Of a stretch of DNA of 64,000 nucleotides, positions 14,254 to 27,324 are shown piece after piece. A program made the translations under genes and the position numbers. The notes below the pieces were generated by a model that had not been told where the DNA came from, searched no databases, and saw only the letters and a program-made list of their open reading frames with translations. The DNA is from Octopus bimaculoides (lineage: Eukaryota), in the NCBI RefSeq assembly GCF_001194135.2, contig NC_068984.1, positions 26,421,406-26,485,405 on the forward strand, given 5' to 3'. Numbering within the stretch: position 1 is the stretch's first letter; each line of letters begins with the position of its first letter.

Positions 14254-14463
14254 AAGGTGGCGAGCTGGCAGAAATGTTAGCACGCCGGACGAAATGCATA
14301 GTCTGTTTTTACGTTCTGAGTTCTAATCCCGCCGAGGTCAACTTTGCCTTTTATTCTTTCGAGGTCGATAAATTAAGTACCAGTTGTGTAGCGGGATCGA
14401 TCTAATCGACGGGCCCCCTCCCCCAAAATTTCGGGCCTTGTGCTTAGAGTAGAAAAGAATAAT
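14254..14463 (+). mobile_element. SINE family A (alternative 3' tail)
   Basis: Same head and central domain as family A. The tail is ccccctcccccaaaatttcgggccttgtgcttagagtagaaaagaataata. Confidence 0.85.
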
Positions 14464-15199
14464 ACGTATACATGTGCGCATGTATATGTAACAACAGCAT
14501 ATACATATACATGAATGTATATGTAATATGATTTTATATTTGCAAAGCAAATATCCCTTCCTGTAAAAAGTAGGAAAAAAAGAAAAGAGTAAAATTGCAG
14601 TTAGTCAATGTCAAAATGTTTCAGATGAGTTCCTGTTATATTTCTATTATAGTGGAGCCAAAGAAGCTTCGTTGGCTTATTGAAACTATAATCTCCAAAA
14701 CAGACATAAGCAATTCTCTTTAAATATCATATATGGTATCCCTAGATAGACATTGCTTTGTAATGGTGACTGAAAATGAGAGGTGATAGAGTGAAGGGGA
14801 GTTGGTTGAATTAAATGTTTTGCTGAATGTTTAAGAAGCCATCTTTTAGAACGAACATTTTGACGAGATTAGCCGCTTCCTACGTTAGCTCATAATTTAA
14901 AATTGTGAATAATACAAGTAGGAAATAATCTTCAGATAAACCCCAAAGCAGATATAAAAATGTCTTTATTGCTGTTGTTCTTTTTTTAAAAACTTTTTGT
15001 TGATGTTGTTGTTATTGTTATCATTATAATTGTTGTTGATATTGTTGTTATATTTCAGTTGATGCGACGAAGGAATATGACGAGAAAAAAGTGGTGGAGA
15101 AAGGTATAAACGGAAGACATTAACGAACGTACGTATTTAGCTACCCATCCATCATCTCTTAAGACAAGAAATACTTTGACTATTTGAAACTACATAACG

Positions 15200-15274
<75 letters not shown>

Positions 15275-15290
15275 TAATAATAACAACAAC
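15200..15290. repeat. (AAT)n microsatellite
   Basis: Long pure AAT run that explains the poly-I ORFs. An (ATT)n run of similar type lies at 18118-18188. Confidence 0.98.
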
Positions 15291-15550
15291 AGTAAGGAAA
15301 ATTCTAAAACCTATATCTTTTAATATAGATACTGTTACGGCTCTCGCAGTGGCCGTTTGGGGGTTTGGTGTATTCAGAGAAGCGAGAAACCTCATAAAAA
15401 ATATGGTTTCGCAATCTAGCTGGAAATGATCAGCTATGACTGAGTTTTTAATGTGTAAGGACATACTTTGTTGCCTGGTGTATAATTTCGGTGTCATAAT
15501 TCACATAATCTCACCCACCCGTAAATGTGTGTGTGTGAGTGTGTATGTGC

Positions 15551-15667
<117 letters not shown>

Positions 15668-15855
15668 TGTGTGTGTGCGTGCGTGTCTATTAGTATGTAT
15701 ATGCGTATGCCTGTTTTGGGTGTACAGATGAAGGAGCGGTTGTGTGGTACAGAAGATCGTTTCGAAACCAGGTGGATCCCCGTTTGATCCCAACTGTGCG
15801 AATCTGTAACCGATGTATAACGTCAAAAGATTTGAAATAAGCAAGAAAAGAAAGA

Positions 15856-16003
15856 AGGCTATGTGGTAAGTAGCTTGCTTACCAAACACATGGTTCTGGG
15901 TTCAGTCCCACTGCGTGGCACCTTGGGCAAGTGTCTTCTACTATAGCCTCGGGCCGACTAAAGCTTTGTGAGTGGATTTGATAGACGGAAACTGAAAGAA
16001 GCC
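15856..16003 (+). mobile_element. SINE family B (CORE-like), 5' part
   Basis: ggctatgtggtaagtagcttgcttaccaaacacatggttctgggttcagtcccactgcgtggcaccttgggcaagtgtcttctactatagcc...gaaagaagcc. Confidence 0.9.
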
Positions 16004-16493
16004 AACATCTCTTCAGTTATCCGGCCATTGAAAATTCCTGTGAAAAATGACCGTTATTAACACAAAAGAGCTACAGACCGCTAAGTAAGTGGAGGGGGTA
16101 AGAGTAAGGGAGTAGAGAAGTCTATAGTGTTCGCGTAAGCGCACCAATCCGTACATTCGCCTATATTTATATACTAAAACACTCTCACTTGAAACACACA
16201 CATGCTCACCCACATACTCGCCAAAAACTATACATGTATGTACATATACATATATATACCCGCATACACACCCACACGCACTCGCACACTACAACTTCGC
16301 ACCCATACACACGCACGCAAAAAAAAATTTATAGGGCTAAAAGCAAAAACAGAAGAAAGTGTGAGAAAGCTATAAGGTTAAAACGCGTCTAATATGCGCA
16401 TATCTTCGAATGCACACACATACGTCTATATACGCACGTACCCGCACACACGCACACATTTCTATATTAGAAGTACATACATGCATACATACG

Positions 16494-16525
<32 letters not shown>

Positions 16526-16533
16526 TATATATA

Positions 16534-17387
16534 NNNNNNNNNNNNNNNNNNNNNNNNNNNNNNNNNNNNNNNNNNNNNNNNNNNNNNNNNNNNNNNNNNN
16601 NNNNNNNNNNNNNNNNNNNNNNNNNNNNNNNNNNNNNNNNNNNNNNNNNNNNNNNNNNNNNNNNNNNNNNNNNNNNNNNNNNNNNNNNNNNNNNNNNNNN
16701 NNNNNNNNNNNNNNNNNNNNNNNNNNNNNNNNNNNNNNNNNNNNNNNNNNNNNNNNNNNNNNNNNNNNNNNNNNNNNNNNNNNNNNNNNNNNNNNNNNNN
16801 NNNNNNNNNNNNNNNNNNNNNNNNNNNNNNNNNNNNNNNNNNNNNNNNNNNNNNNNNNNNNNNNNNNNNNNNNNNNNNNNNNNNNNNNNNNNNNNNNNNN
16901 NNNNNNNNNNNNNNNNNNNNNNNNNNNNNNNNNNNNNNNNNNNNNNNNNNNNNNNNNNNNNNNNNNNNNNNNNNNNNNNNNNNNNNNNNNNNNNNNNNNN
17001 NNNNNNNNNNNNNNNNNNNNNNNNNNNNNNNNNNNNNNNNNNNNNNNNNNNNNNNNNNNNNNNNNNNNNNNNNNNNNNNNNNNNNNNNNNNNNNNNNNNN
17101 NNNNNNNNNNNNNNNNNNNNNNNNNNNNNNNNNNNNNNNNNNNNNNNNNNNNNNNNNNNNNNNNNNNNNNNNNNNNNNNNNNNNNNNNNNNNNNNNNNNN
17201 NNNNNNNNNNNNNNNNNNNNNNNNNNNNNNNNNNNNNNNNNNNNNNNNNNNNNNNNNNNNNNNNNNNNNNNNNNNNNNNNNNNNNNNNNNNNNNNNNNNN
17301 NNNNNNNNNNNNNNNNNNNNNNNNNNNNNNNNNNNNNNNNNNNNNNNNNNNNNNNNNNNNNNNNNNNNNNNNNNNNNNNNNNNNNNN
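16534..17387. other. assembly gap
   Basis: N run flanked by microsatellite. Confidence 0.99.
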
Positions 17388-18115
17388 TATATAGACGTAG
17401 GGAGATGCATGTTTGTGGGGTATACTCGATCTTTTAAGGCATAACCTTGCTTGCCTTTACGAACAGGTATTGGCATGGACATATTGGATATTTTCTGGGA
17501 GACACAAGGTGATAAAAATAAACGTGATCTTCACGTCTGAAAAGGCTTTTATCGTAGTTCAATATTTGCCTGGGGCTAAACATGAACATCGGCAAATAAC
17601 TAACTTCCTTTGTTTCACTCTTTCAAACATCATCCATTTGCCGCTCTCACTTCTATCTATTCTCATTCTTCCTTCCATCTGTCTCAGCTTCTCTTTCTTA
17701 CACTCAGTCGTCATTTTTCTTTTGCATCCATACGCACACATAGCCAAAACATTAACACAAAAGCATACTCGCACAAACGGGCCCATATTGCACAGCAAAC
17801 CGTACATACATGCATTATACAGACATACAAAACTCACTCACAAACACACGTGTTACATATCTGCCAACTCACTAGTAAAAAAATGAAGAAAAAAGAACGT
17901 TTTTCAGAGGGTCTTGATGAATTTCAAATAGAAGATAATAGTGGCTGTCAATGACATTATCTCTCCTGTGGGACAATGAATTATTCAAACGGAACTTCCA
18001 AACAGTTTTGCTGTCAGCCACTTGTCATTTTATGTTCTGGAAACCCCCACCGGGAACTCACATTTAAAATTTCGACCCGTTTCTTTATCGTTATTTTTTT
18101 ATCATTTTATTTCAA

Positions 18116-18189
<74 letters not shown>

Positions 18190-19429
18190 ATTATTTTATT
18201 ATCGTTTCTGGTTAATTCATTTCTTTTTATCATTAAAAAAAAAATTACAGCTTCTTTTTTCTTACAATAATTATATCTATCTATTTATGCATTTATTTAT
18301 ACACTGTGGTTGTGATGATCATATTGTGAATACCAGTGAAAATGCGTGTTAGGTTCTTTGTTTAAGTGTATGTGTGGCGGGTGATCGTGGTGGGGATTAT
18401 ATATAATATGATACGTGATATTCTCTACAAAATAGATTACAAGCGTAATCACATATATACATACACGCGAGTATATACATAAATTCATTCACACGTAAAT
18501 GACAGCATGAAAAATGATATACATGCCCAACAACTAACTAAAGTATATATATATATAACTGCGTGTGTGTAATATTTACACACTCACGCACACACATATA
18601 TACACATATATACATATTTATACACGCACACATATATACACACACATATATATACATATATATATATAGCTATGTATGTATGTATATATATATATANNNN
18701 NNNNNNNNNNNNNNNNNNNNNNNNNNNNNNNNNNNNNNNNNNNNNNNNNNNNNNNNNNNNNNNNNNNNNNNNNNNNNNNNNNNNNNNNNNNNNNNNNNNN
18801 NNNNNNNNNNNNNNNNNNNNNNNNNNNNNNNNNNNNNNATATACATTCATATATATATACATTCATATATATCTACATTAACATATATACCTGTATATTT
18901 ATATATCTATCTATCTGTATGATTTTTCTTTTGAATTTTATTTAAGTTCTTGAGAGACTTCAGGCCTGTCGCTAACAAAGTGACAAGTCTTTTTGAGTTA
19001 AGAGAGTTCCCGGTGTTTGTTAATGTGTTTCAGTTGGTGTATTAGTTGAACTGTCGATGCATACACCCAAGTGTGTGCATCTATTCACATAAGAGTCTCA
19101 GATAGGGAATTTTTGGAATGTCTCACAAATATTCATTGTGCCACTAATAGATTGTATTTGAAGAATGCGTCAGTTTGTTTTGCTCTTTTCCATGCACCCG
19201 ATTTTTTGCGCAAATTTCTTGGTAAATAATGTAATGCACCTATGACCATAGGTACAAATGAAAATGAAAGTCAGGATACATGAGCTGTAAGTTCCGCATT
19301 AATTCGTCATTAATGTTCTCGCTTTCCTGGACTTTTGATTGTACATTCACATCCACAGGGCAACCGACCTTTACAACTTTGTATGCATGTATGTAGGTAT
19401 GTATGTAATTATGTATGTATGTATGTATG

Positions 19430-19649
19430 TGTTGTGTCGACGCCCCCAGGCGAAGAAGTAGGATCTCCCAAGACATATAAATACAGGTAGTCTGGCCGTG
19501 GTAGGTGTGTTGAGTAGTAGTCGAGTAGCAGTTGTGTAGCGGTTGAGTAGAGATCATCCGAAGGTGCTAGATAGCGGTAGCTTGAGACATAACAGTGGCG
19601 ACGAGGATGAGATGCTCACACAGCCGCTGTGTAGCGTTGAGACATAACA
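19430..19649 (+). mobile_element. LTR retrotransposon relic: LTR (19430-19594), tRNA-Ser primer-binding site (19596-19613) and a second partial LTR end
   Basis: TG...CA ends with 8/9 inverted termini (tgttgtgtc / gacataaca) and an internal TATAAATA. One base after the LTR comes tggcgacgaggatgagat, complementary to the 3' end of tRNA-Ser(GCU). The LTR end ttgagacataaca recurs at 19637-19649. Confidence 0.75.
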
Positions 19650-19670
19650 GTACATATGCTTGATATAGAC

Positions 19671-19794
<124 letters not shown>

Positions 19795-19828
19795 GAGGAG
19801 AGAGAAAGAAAGAGAGAAAGTGTCAAAT

Positions 19829-20390
19829 GAGATCAAAGGATTCAATCAAAGGTATGGCCGTAAACAGTATGAGGTATTCCGATGATGCAGCGTTACGGGC
19901 AGACAACAATAAGAAATTACAAGAAATTGTTGATATTGTAAAAAGTGATAAGATAGAGCTAAATATGAGTTTAAAGAGGACAAAAATAATGGTTATTGAT
20001 AAGACAGAACAAAGGAAGCAAATATAAAGGTAGGTGAACAGAAGCTTAAACAAGTAAAAAAGAAAGTGCATGTAGTTGGGACATTCTGTAGAAGAGATTA
20101 ATGGAAGACTAAATAAGGCCGAAACAATATAAAACGAAAAATATCTTCACCTTAAAAACATAACACTTTATCTAAAATTGAAGCTAATAAACGTTTATAT
20201 TATGCCTATTATCTTCCACGGTATAGAAACTTAGACACTGTATACAACAATGGAGAACACGATAAAAGCATCTGAAATGTGGATCTCTCGCAGACTGGGC
20301 AACTTATGCTGGAAAGGCAGGTTAACTATGTTGTTGTAGTAGAAAAGCTGAAAGTCCAAAGACACCTGTTATTGAGGATCAATTTTACAA
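19829..20390 (+). mobile_element. RTE-clade LINE reverse-transcriptase fragment
   Basis: IKGMAVNSMRYSDDAALRADNNKKLQEIVD...KRTKIMVID (YADD-type motif) and YIMPIIFHGIET*TL...ASEMWISRRL. Stops and frameshifts are present. Confidence 0.85.
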
Positions 20391-20548
20391 TGATATAGTT
20401 TTTCTTTTTCTGCATACAATTCGCCGCGTGTCACTGCTCAAGATAGCAAGTGAAAATGAGGAGAGACCGCAGAAGGCTGTCAAAGACGTTTTTGGATTGA
20501 CTGCATCAAAGAATGGATTGGAAACAAGAGCCTTCCTAATGGCTGAGG

Positions 20549-20603
<55 letters not shown>

Positions 20604-20640
20604 CATGTATATCTGTAGGTATATGTGTGCATGTGTTTGG

Positions 20641-20675
<35 letters not shown>

Positions 20676-20982
20676 TGTGTGTGTGTGTGCTCACGTGTGT
20701 TGAAATGGTTAAGGGATTTTACTTGAGGAAATTTATGTTAAAAACAAAAACAAAATGCTCTGAGAACTTTATTGTGGACAAAAGAAGTAAAATATTTTTA
20801 TTTTTATCAAAATGTGCTCTCAGTTTCAAGCGATTTTAAAGCAATTAAGTCACGTTTTAAGAGAAATGAAAATATATTGAGCAGGACGTAGCAGTTAGTG
20901 GGGGTGAGTGGGGGTTAGTTGGTTTTCCTGTTATTCTGGGTTAAATTTTTCGATGTCTCTCCCAATGTTCCATCCTTCAGCG

Positions 20983-21300
20983 TTAAGGGACAGTCACGGA
21001 TTGCTTCTTCGTGTCAACAACATTTGTCATGTTTCTTTGACATATTATGTACCAGCTTCCATAATATTCGCAGTTGAAACTTGTGTTATTGTCAATGGTG
21101 GTTGCGACGCTTTTAGTAGAGATAATGCCAGACACAGAGTTGCTGCTGTTGTTATTGTTGTTAACACTAGAGAAGATGGCGGTAGTAGTTGAAATTTTGT
21201 TAACTTTTTCAAATTTTGAATTAGAGGAAGAACCATTCTTCAGTAAACCTTCTTCTCTGATCATTCTCAATTTCTTTTCAAGAATATTTGCTGCTTGAAA
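20983..21300 (-). CDS. possible coding exon of unknown gene (Asn/Ser/Thr-rich)
   Basis: About 105 open codons (AANILEKKLRMIREEGLLKNGSSSNS...VNNNNNSSNSVSGIISTKSVATTIDNN...) in non-repetitive DNA, preceded by the acceptor-like TTTCTTTGCCGTTTCAAG. No recognisable domain. Confidence 0.3.
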   Translation of the reverse strand, partial: FQAANILEKKLRMIREEGLLKNGSSSNSKFEKVNKISTTTAIFSSVNNNNNSSNSVSGIISTKSVATTIDNNTSFNCEYYGSWYIICQRNMTNVVDTKKQSVTVP

Positions 21301-21505
21301 CGGCAAAGAAACTCACTGCTTCATTAAGCTTAAATTAACTTCTACATTAAAATTTAAGATAATAAATCCCAAAACGGACAAATCCCTAAACGGATAAACA
21401 ACAAACTTTTTTAAACTCCACTGAGTGAACAGGAGTAACGAAGTATTTAATGTTATTGTTGCTGTAGTTAATAATAATAATAACGGTAATATTAATATCA
21501 TCCTC

Positions 21506-21725
21506 TAAGGCGGCAAGCTGGAAAAATTGTTAGCGTGCGTCGGACAAAAATTCCTAGTGACATTTTTCCTACCTTACGTTCTGCGTTCAAATAGCACAGA
21601 GGTCATCCTTGCCGTTCATCCTTTCATGGTCGATAACATAAAGTACCAGTCAAGTACTGGGATCGATGTAATCGATTAACGACCTTCCTTAAAATTTCTG
21701 ACCTTGTGTCAAAAGTTGAAACAAC
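21506..21725 (+). mobile_element. SINE family A, diverged
   Basis: aaggcggcaagctgg...gttcatcctttcatggtcgataacataaagtaccagtcaagtactgggatcgatgtaatcga. Confidence 0.8.
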
Positions 21726-21999
21726 ATCAATATCATCATCACCTACAACAATAATATGGTGATCATTAGCATTATTATAGCTGAGGGCTCAGATTATTTG
21801 GGAGAGAAGAGGAGACAGTCTCTTTTCTTTCTTTTTTTTTTTTTCAAAAGAACTAGGGAATGATTCCGACAAATTAATACATTGAAATACCTTTCACTAT
21901 AATCGAAAATTATACTGGAAACAATCGGTCGTATATCAAATCTTAAGAAAAATACTCTTTATTACTTTTGCTACTTGAAAGGACGATGAACATCCTTCG

Positions 22000-22220
22000 C
22001 GAGTCATAGAACCGGTTTCTCAGTCTCCATGGTGTATATATTCCCTAACAGGATGGGACGTCGGTCCATCGCAGAATTACCAATTTTTGTCAGCTTAGTG
22101 GACTGAAGCAACGTAAAATGGAGTGTTTTGCTCAAGAATACAACGCGTCGCTCAGTCCAGAATTCGAAACCGCAATCTTACGTTCATGAGTCCAAAACAC
22201 TAACCACTAAGCCACGCACC
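22000..22220 (-). mobile_element. tRNA-derived SINE family C
   Basis: The minus strand starts ggtgcgtggcttagtggttagtgttttggactcatgaacgtaagattgcggtttcgaattc (A and B boxes), then ttcttgagcaaaacac. Confidence 0.85.
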
Positions 22221-22537
22221 TATTAAAATATACTTTCACTTTCTCAAACATTATCTCCTTACACAGACACAGAAATATCTCCAGTAGAAAACTCAGATCA
22301 GCTTTCAAAGAAATATGCGGGGATTTAATTATTAGCAAATTTATATCATATGTTTTGTCTATGTCGGAGAGTTTATTCCCTATATGCTGTAAAGGAAGGA
22401 AGCTCTGGACGATACCACCATATGTTGACGCAATAGATAGGATGTGTTGAGTGAGCTGTCATCACCTTAGAGACACCGAGATAGGGTCAGTTAACTTTAT
22501 TATTCTCGCGCACCCATACTTTCCCTCACTAGCATAA

Positions 22538-22586
<49 letters not shown>

Positions 22587-22597
22587 TTATTTATCTA

Positions 22598-22677
<80 letters not shown>

Positions 22678-22714
22678 CTTATTTATCTCTCTCCCTCTCT
22701 CTCCCATTCTTCTC

Positions 22715-22771
<57 letters not shown>

Positions 22772-23303
22772 TTAATAGATATTTATTTATCTCTCTTTCT
22801 TTCTTTCTTTCTTTGTTTCTTTCTTTCTTTGTTTCTTTCTTTCTTTCCTCCTCTCTCTCTCTCTCTCTTTGTAAATATGCATATGTATGTATATATATAT
22901 ATTTCACTTTAATCACTGTATATATGTACGTGTGAACGATATTTCCCTCATTCAATGCATACATACATACAGACGTACATACACATACATACAGACGTAT
23001 ATACACATACATATAAACAGATACACACGTATAATCTTTTGTGTATGCATCAGAGTACATGTGCGTGTACAGTACATGTGTGGGTGAGTGTGTGTATGAG
23101 TCCGTGTGCATGTGTGTGTGTGTGTGCTCGCGTGCGTGTGCATATGTGTGTGTGACTGTATGCGTGTGTGGGTGTGTGTGTGTGTGTGTGTGTGCTAATG
23201 TATGTGTGTGTGCGAGGGCACTACATACATAGTGCGAAATAACCATTGTTTGCCAGAATTCGACTCGGACACAGGAGGTGTTCATCTGATGAGTGCGAAG
23301 TAT

Positions 23304-23926
23304 CAGTAATGCTTTCACACGAAAATCTGAGTCATGATAACCATTTGCTAGGATGGTCAGTATGATCGTTATGAGGACCCGCTTTGCCGCTTTACGAGAC
23401 CCCGGGTTTATGAGTTTTATTTTTCAAGCAGAAAATCCAAATTTTCAACGAAGTGCAAAGGTTTCTACTGCCATGACAAATGCTTCTGTGTGTTACTGAG
23501 AAATTTATTGAGAGCGAAAAGATGTTACTTCTATGCAAACAACTCTAAAGAAATCTACAAGTCTGTCTACGAGTGGTTGTGAATCGGCGATTGCGTCTCC
23601 AAGCGATGTGGTTCACGAGTCTATTGTAAGTGAAAGTGATTCAGAAACGATTGTAATAATAATATTTTTTTTTTATTATAAATGATTTTGACATTATTTT
23701 TAGTTTACATGAAATATTCTTTACATTTTATTGCCGTTAATTTGTTTATTTACGAGTATTATAAATTTTATAGGTAAAATATTTTTTCTGGGAACGAATT
23801 ACGATTTATAACATTGCTATGCTGGGAAATTATTGCTCTGCTGGGAAATTATTGCTCTGCTTTACGAGTTTTCGCTATACGAGCGGTCTCCGGGAACAAA
23901 TTACCTCATATATCGAGGCATTACAG
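23304..23926 (+). mobile_element. internally deleted Tigger (pogo) DNA transposon
   Basis: Transposase C-terminal remnant ENPNFQRSAKVSTAMTNASVCY*EIY*ERK. The right end ctcatatatcgaggcattacag pairs with a degenerate left end cagtaatgc. Confidence 0.75.
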
Positions 23927-24045
23927 TGAAGAGCGTAGCTCGAAACGTTAAAGACTTTCTCTATTCCCGAGCGTTAAACTAATACATCTTTTTGTTGTTT
24001 ACACCACCTGTCCTCGTCTGTTGTTTTTTTCGTAAATTCTCCCAT
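23927..24045 (+). mobile_element. Penelope-like terminal-repeat fragment
   Basis: The tgaagagcgtagctcgaaacgtt motif is typical of Penelope-like element ends. It abuts the Tigger end and is followed by (TA)n. Confidence 0.5.
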
Positions 24046-24627
24046 ATATATATATATATATATATATATGTAGCACTTTATTGAAGCTGAAAAACATCAT
24101 AAGATTTTACTCATAATGTCACGTAACCGATCATCATCATCAGTGTGTGTGTGTGTGTGTGTGTGTGTTAGTATATAAGTGATAAAAGAACGAAAGTTAT
24201 GTCATGATATTTCTCTACTATGCGCTAATGTTCAATCCGATATTCTTTTACTCACTCTAATAACTCAGTACCTTAGCCTGATTGTGAGGTAATCATAGAA
24301 GGTTGGCTTGTGGTCCTTTAAGCTAAACCTGTGTCACTTGGGTTGAAACTGTTCACTCCTATTCGCTACATTTACTCTAATAAATATATCATATATACGA
24401 CTATTATTGTTTCTAAATTCTTTTCTTCGATGGTCTTTCTATAACCCTTTAAAATGGTTTGGCCATATATAATTTATAGCCATGTGGTATTGATTACTTT
24501 TTTTGTCCGAGTGAACGTAAACTTTTAGTAGATTTTTGTACCTGATATTTTCCTAAGCAACTCAATTTGGAAAGCACTCCTGTATTTAATACATTTTACA
24601 TTTCGGACCATCTGGGATAGCTTCTCA

Positions 24628-24975
24628 GAAAATGATAAAATGACAGTACTCTAGGGAGTATGCCAATCTACAGGCATGGAAATATTGAGGCAAAATTGCC
24701 GTATATTGTAGTCAAGCACAATCAGGAAATGTTGTACCTCTAAATCGAAGTGTTATTCCCAGAAGATTATAATGTTTCCCAACAAAATACCATATATAAA
24801 GCCTCAAAATAGAGAAACTATCCCCAAAGCACTTAATAATAGGTACCTTGAGAGTAATTGAAAATATTCAGATAAATATACAACCAAAGCTACAGGGCTT
24901 AGAAATATATGCAACTTACAGGAAACCGCGCAACCAGGTACTGCATATATTTTAGGTAAGGTACTTTTAACAGAA
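24628..24975 (+). mobile_element. R4/Dong-like non-LTR retrotransposon, restriction-like endonuclease remnant
   Basis: ENDKMTVL*..MPIYRHGNIEAKLPYIVVKHNQEMLYL*IEVLFPEDYNVS resembles the ILWDxPIxTDxxIxANRPDIVV...LIDVxxP motif. The terminal LQETAQPGTAYILGKVL resembles LQKxALLGTAxILRKVL. Confidence 0.75.
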
Positions 24976-25317
24976 AAAGAAATGCTAAAACGAAAATAAG
25001 ACACTGCAACTAACAAAAGGCACCGACTTGCTCTCGTTAACGCTAAAAGAAAAAAAATCTACTAAATAAATAATAATTCTCTCTTCTGTAGGCACAAGGC
25101 CTGCTAGCAAATAGTAAATAATATAAATAGTTATAGAAAATATATTTATCTTTAATTGCTTACGTACAGGCTTCGATAATTTAGGCTACATTGGATAAGG
25201 AGAGGCATTTATTTTCAAGTAATTCTGATATTTTTATACTAATATTAACGGTTTTCTTTAAAAGTTTACATTATTCTTAAGAAATCTTCTTCACAAAAAA
25301 AAAAAAAAAAAAAAAAN

Positions 25318-26020
25318 NNNNNNNNNNNNNNNNNNNNNNNNNNNNNNNNNNNNNNNNNNNNNNNNNNNNNNNNNNNNNNNNNNNNNNNNNNNNNNNNNNN
25401 NNNNNNNNNNNNNNNNNNNNNNNNNNNNNNNNNNNNNNNNNNNNNNNNNNNNNNNNNNNNNNNNNNNNNNNNNNNNNNNNNNNNNNNNNNNNNNNNNNNN
25501 NNNNNNNNNNNNNNNNNNNNNNNNNNNNNNNNNNNNNNNNNNNNNNNNNNNNNNNNNNNNNNNNNNNNNNNNNNNNNNNNNNNNNNNNNNNNNNNNNNNN
25601 NNNNNNNNNNNNNNNNNNNNNNNNNNNNNNNNNNNNNNNNNNNNNNNNNNNNNNNNNNNNNNNNNNNNNNNNNNNNNNNNNNNNNNNNNNNNNNNNNNNN
25701 NNNNNNNNNNNNNNNNNNNNNNNNNNNNNNNNNNNNNNNNNNNNNNNNNNNNNNNNNNNNNNNNNNNNNNNNNNNNNNNNNNNNNNNNNNNNNNNNNNNN
25801 NNNNNNNNNNNNNNNNNNNNNNNNNNNNNNNNNNNNNNNNNNNNNNNNNNNNNNNNNNNNNNNNNNNNNNNNNNNNNNNNNNNNNNNNNNNNNNNNNNNN
25901 NNNNNNNNNNNNNNNNNNNNNNNNNNNNNNNNNNNNNNNNNNNNNNNNNNNNNNNNNNNNNNNNNNNNNNNNNNNNNNNNNNNNNNNNNNNNNNNNNNNN
26001 NNNNNNNNNNNNNNNNNNNN
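25318..26020. other. assembly gap
   Basis: N run after a poly-A tract. Confidence 0.99.
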
Positions 26021-26361
26021 TAAACAGAGAGAGAAGTAAAACGCATACACATACACTTACATATACGCGCGCACGCCTACATACATACATCCGTCCATCC
26101 ATCCATCCATCCATCCATCCATCCATCCATCCATCCATCTATACATGCATGCATACATACATACATACATACATACGTACATACACATAGAGAGATAAAC
26201 ATTCCTTCATTTAATAGGTATATATATGTACAACTATATACACGCACAAATATGTTTATATATGTATGTATATATACACATATACATACACACACAGACA
26301 TATATATATANNNNNNNNNNTATACATATATGTATATATATGTATGTATGTAGCATGTGTG

Positions 26362-26393
<32 letters not shown>

Positions 26394-26589
26394 TGTATGC
26401 ATTCTGTCCTTCCAGAGCAGTTCTCTATTGAATATCCATAACACACCTATGCGACTCAGGATTCACATCAAAAATTTTCAGCAATCGTTACTACAAGGAT
26501 TTGAATTAATCTAGATCGAGTTATATGAAGGAAACTCTGTCTCTCTGATCAAATCGTATAAAAACTGAGAGACCCATGATCTGAAAGCT

Positions 26590-27080
26590 TTCTATTCACC
26601 TGTACTTTTGTCGGTAAAGACACTCGAAACTTCTAAAGATTAAGAAGGCTTTGTATAAAAAAAATGTTGCAGATAGAACTTATAAGCATTACAGCTATTC
26701 TGTACAAGAGGAGATTGAGAGGGCTTGGACATGTGAAGAGGATGAACGACAACAGAATTCCCAAGCAGCTGTTATATGGCGAGTTGGCTCAGGGTAACGA
26801 ATCCAGAGGACGACCACAGCTGAGATTTAAGGATACATGCATGAACAGCATGACCACATCGATGTAAAGACTTGGGAAAAGTTAGCTGAGAACAGAACAA
26901 CATGGATAATCTCACTGAGCAAAGGAAGAAAACATCCTGACCCTCGAAGCGAAACACCAAAGAAAGAAAGACAACACACTGAAGCCTTGCAACACCTTCC
27001 TTGTTTGCAGATTTTGCAGCAGAACCTGCTCATCAAACAGGAAGAATCAGCCATGAGAGAAGCTGCAGGAACAAGAATAT
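26590..27080 (+). mobile_element. RTE-clade LINE 3' fragment
   Basis: SITAILYKRRLRGLGHVKRMNDNRIPKQLLYGELAQGNESRGRPQLRFKD, then IDVKTWEKLAENRTTW, and a decayed C-terminal Cys/His region. Confidence 0.9.
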
Positions 27081-27324
27081 GAGTACTTAAAACATTCTCT
27101 GCTGCTTAGATCGTCTGTCAAGATGTAAAAAGCCGAATAAATATGTCCCTCAACCGAATCAAAGTTACTTTGCAACGCTCGCCATCGGAGGAGGTTTCTT
27201 CTTATTAGCTTTCAGGCGTATTAGACTCTTGGCTCAGGGAAAGAAATTTTTGAAGTGACTCATCAATTGTTTCCCAATAAAATAAGTTCTGCACCATATT
27301 TTTTATTTGTTAATATTGACGTGC

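Noticed and set aside
21265-21306. QAANIL as a Fanzor/TnpB RuvC-III motif (DxNAAxNI)
   Set aside because: The catalytic Asp/Asn and the upstream zinc finger are absent, and a stop lies a few codons upstream.
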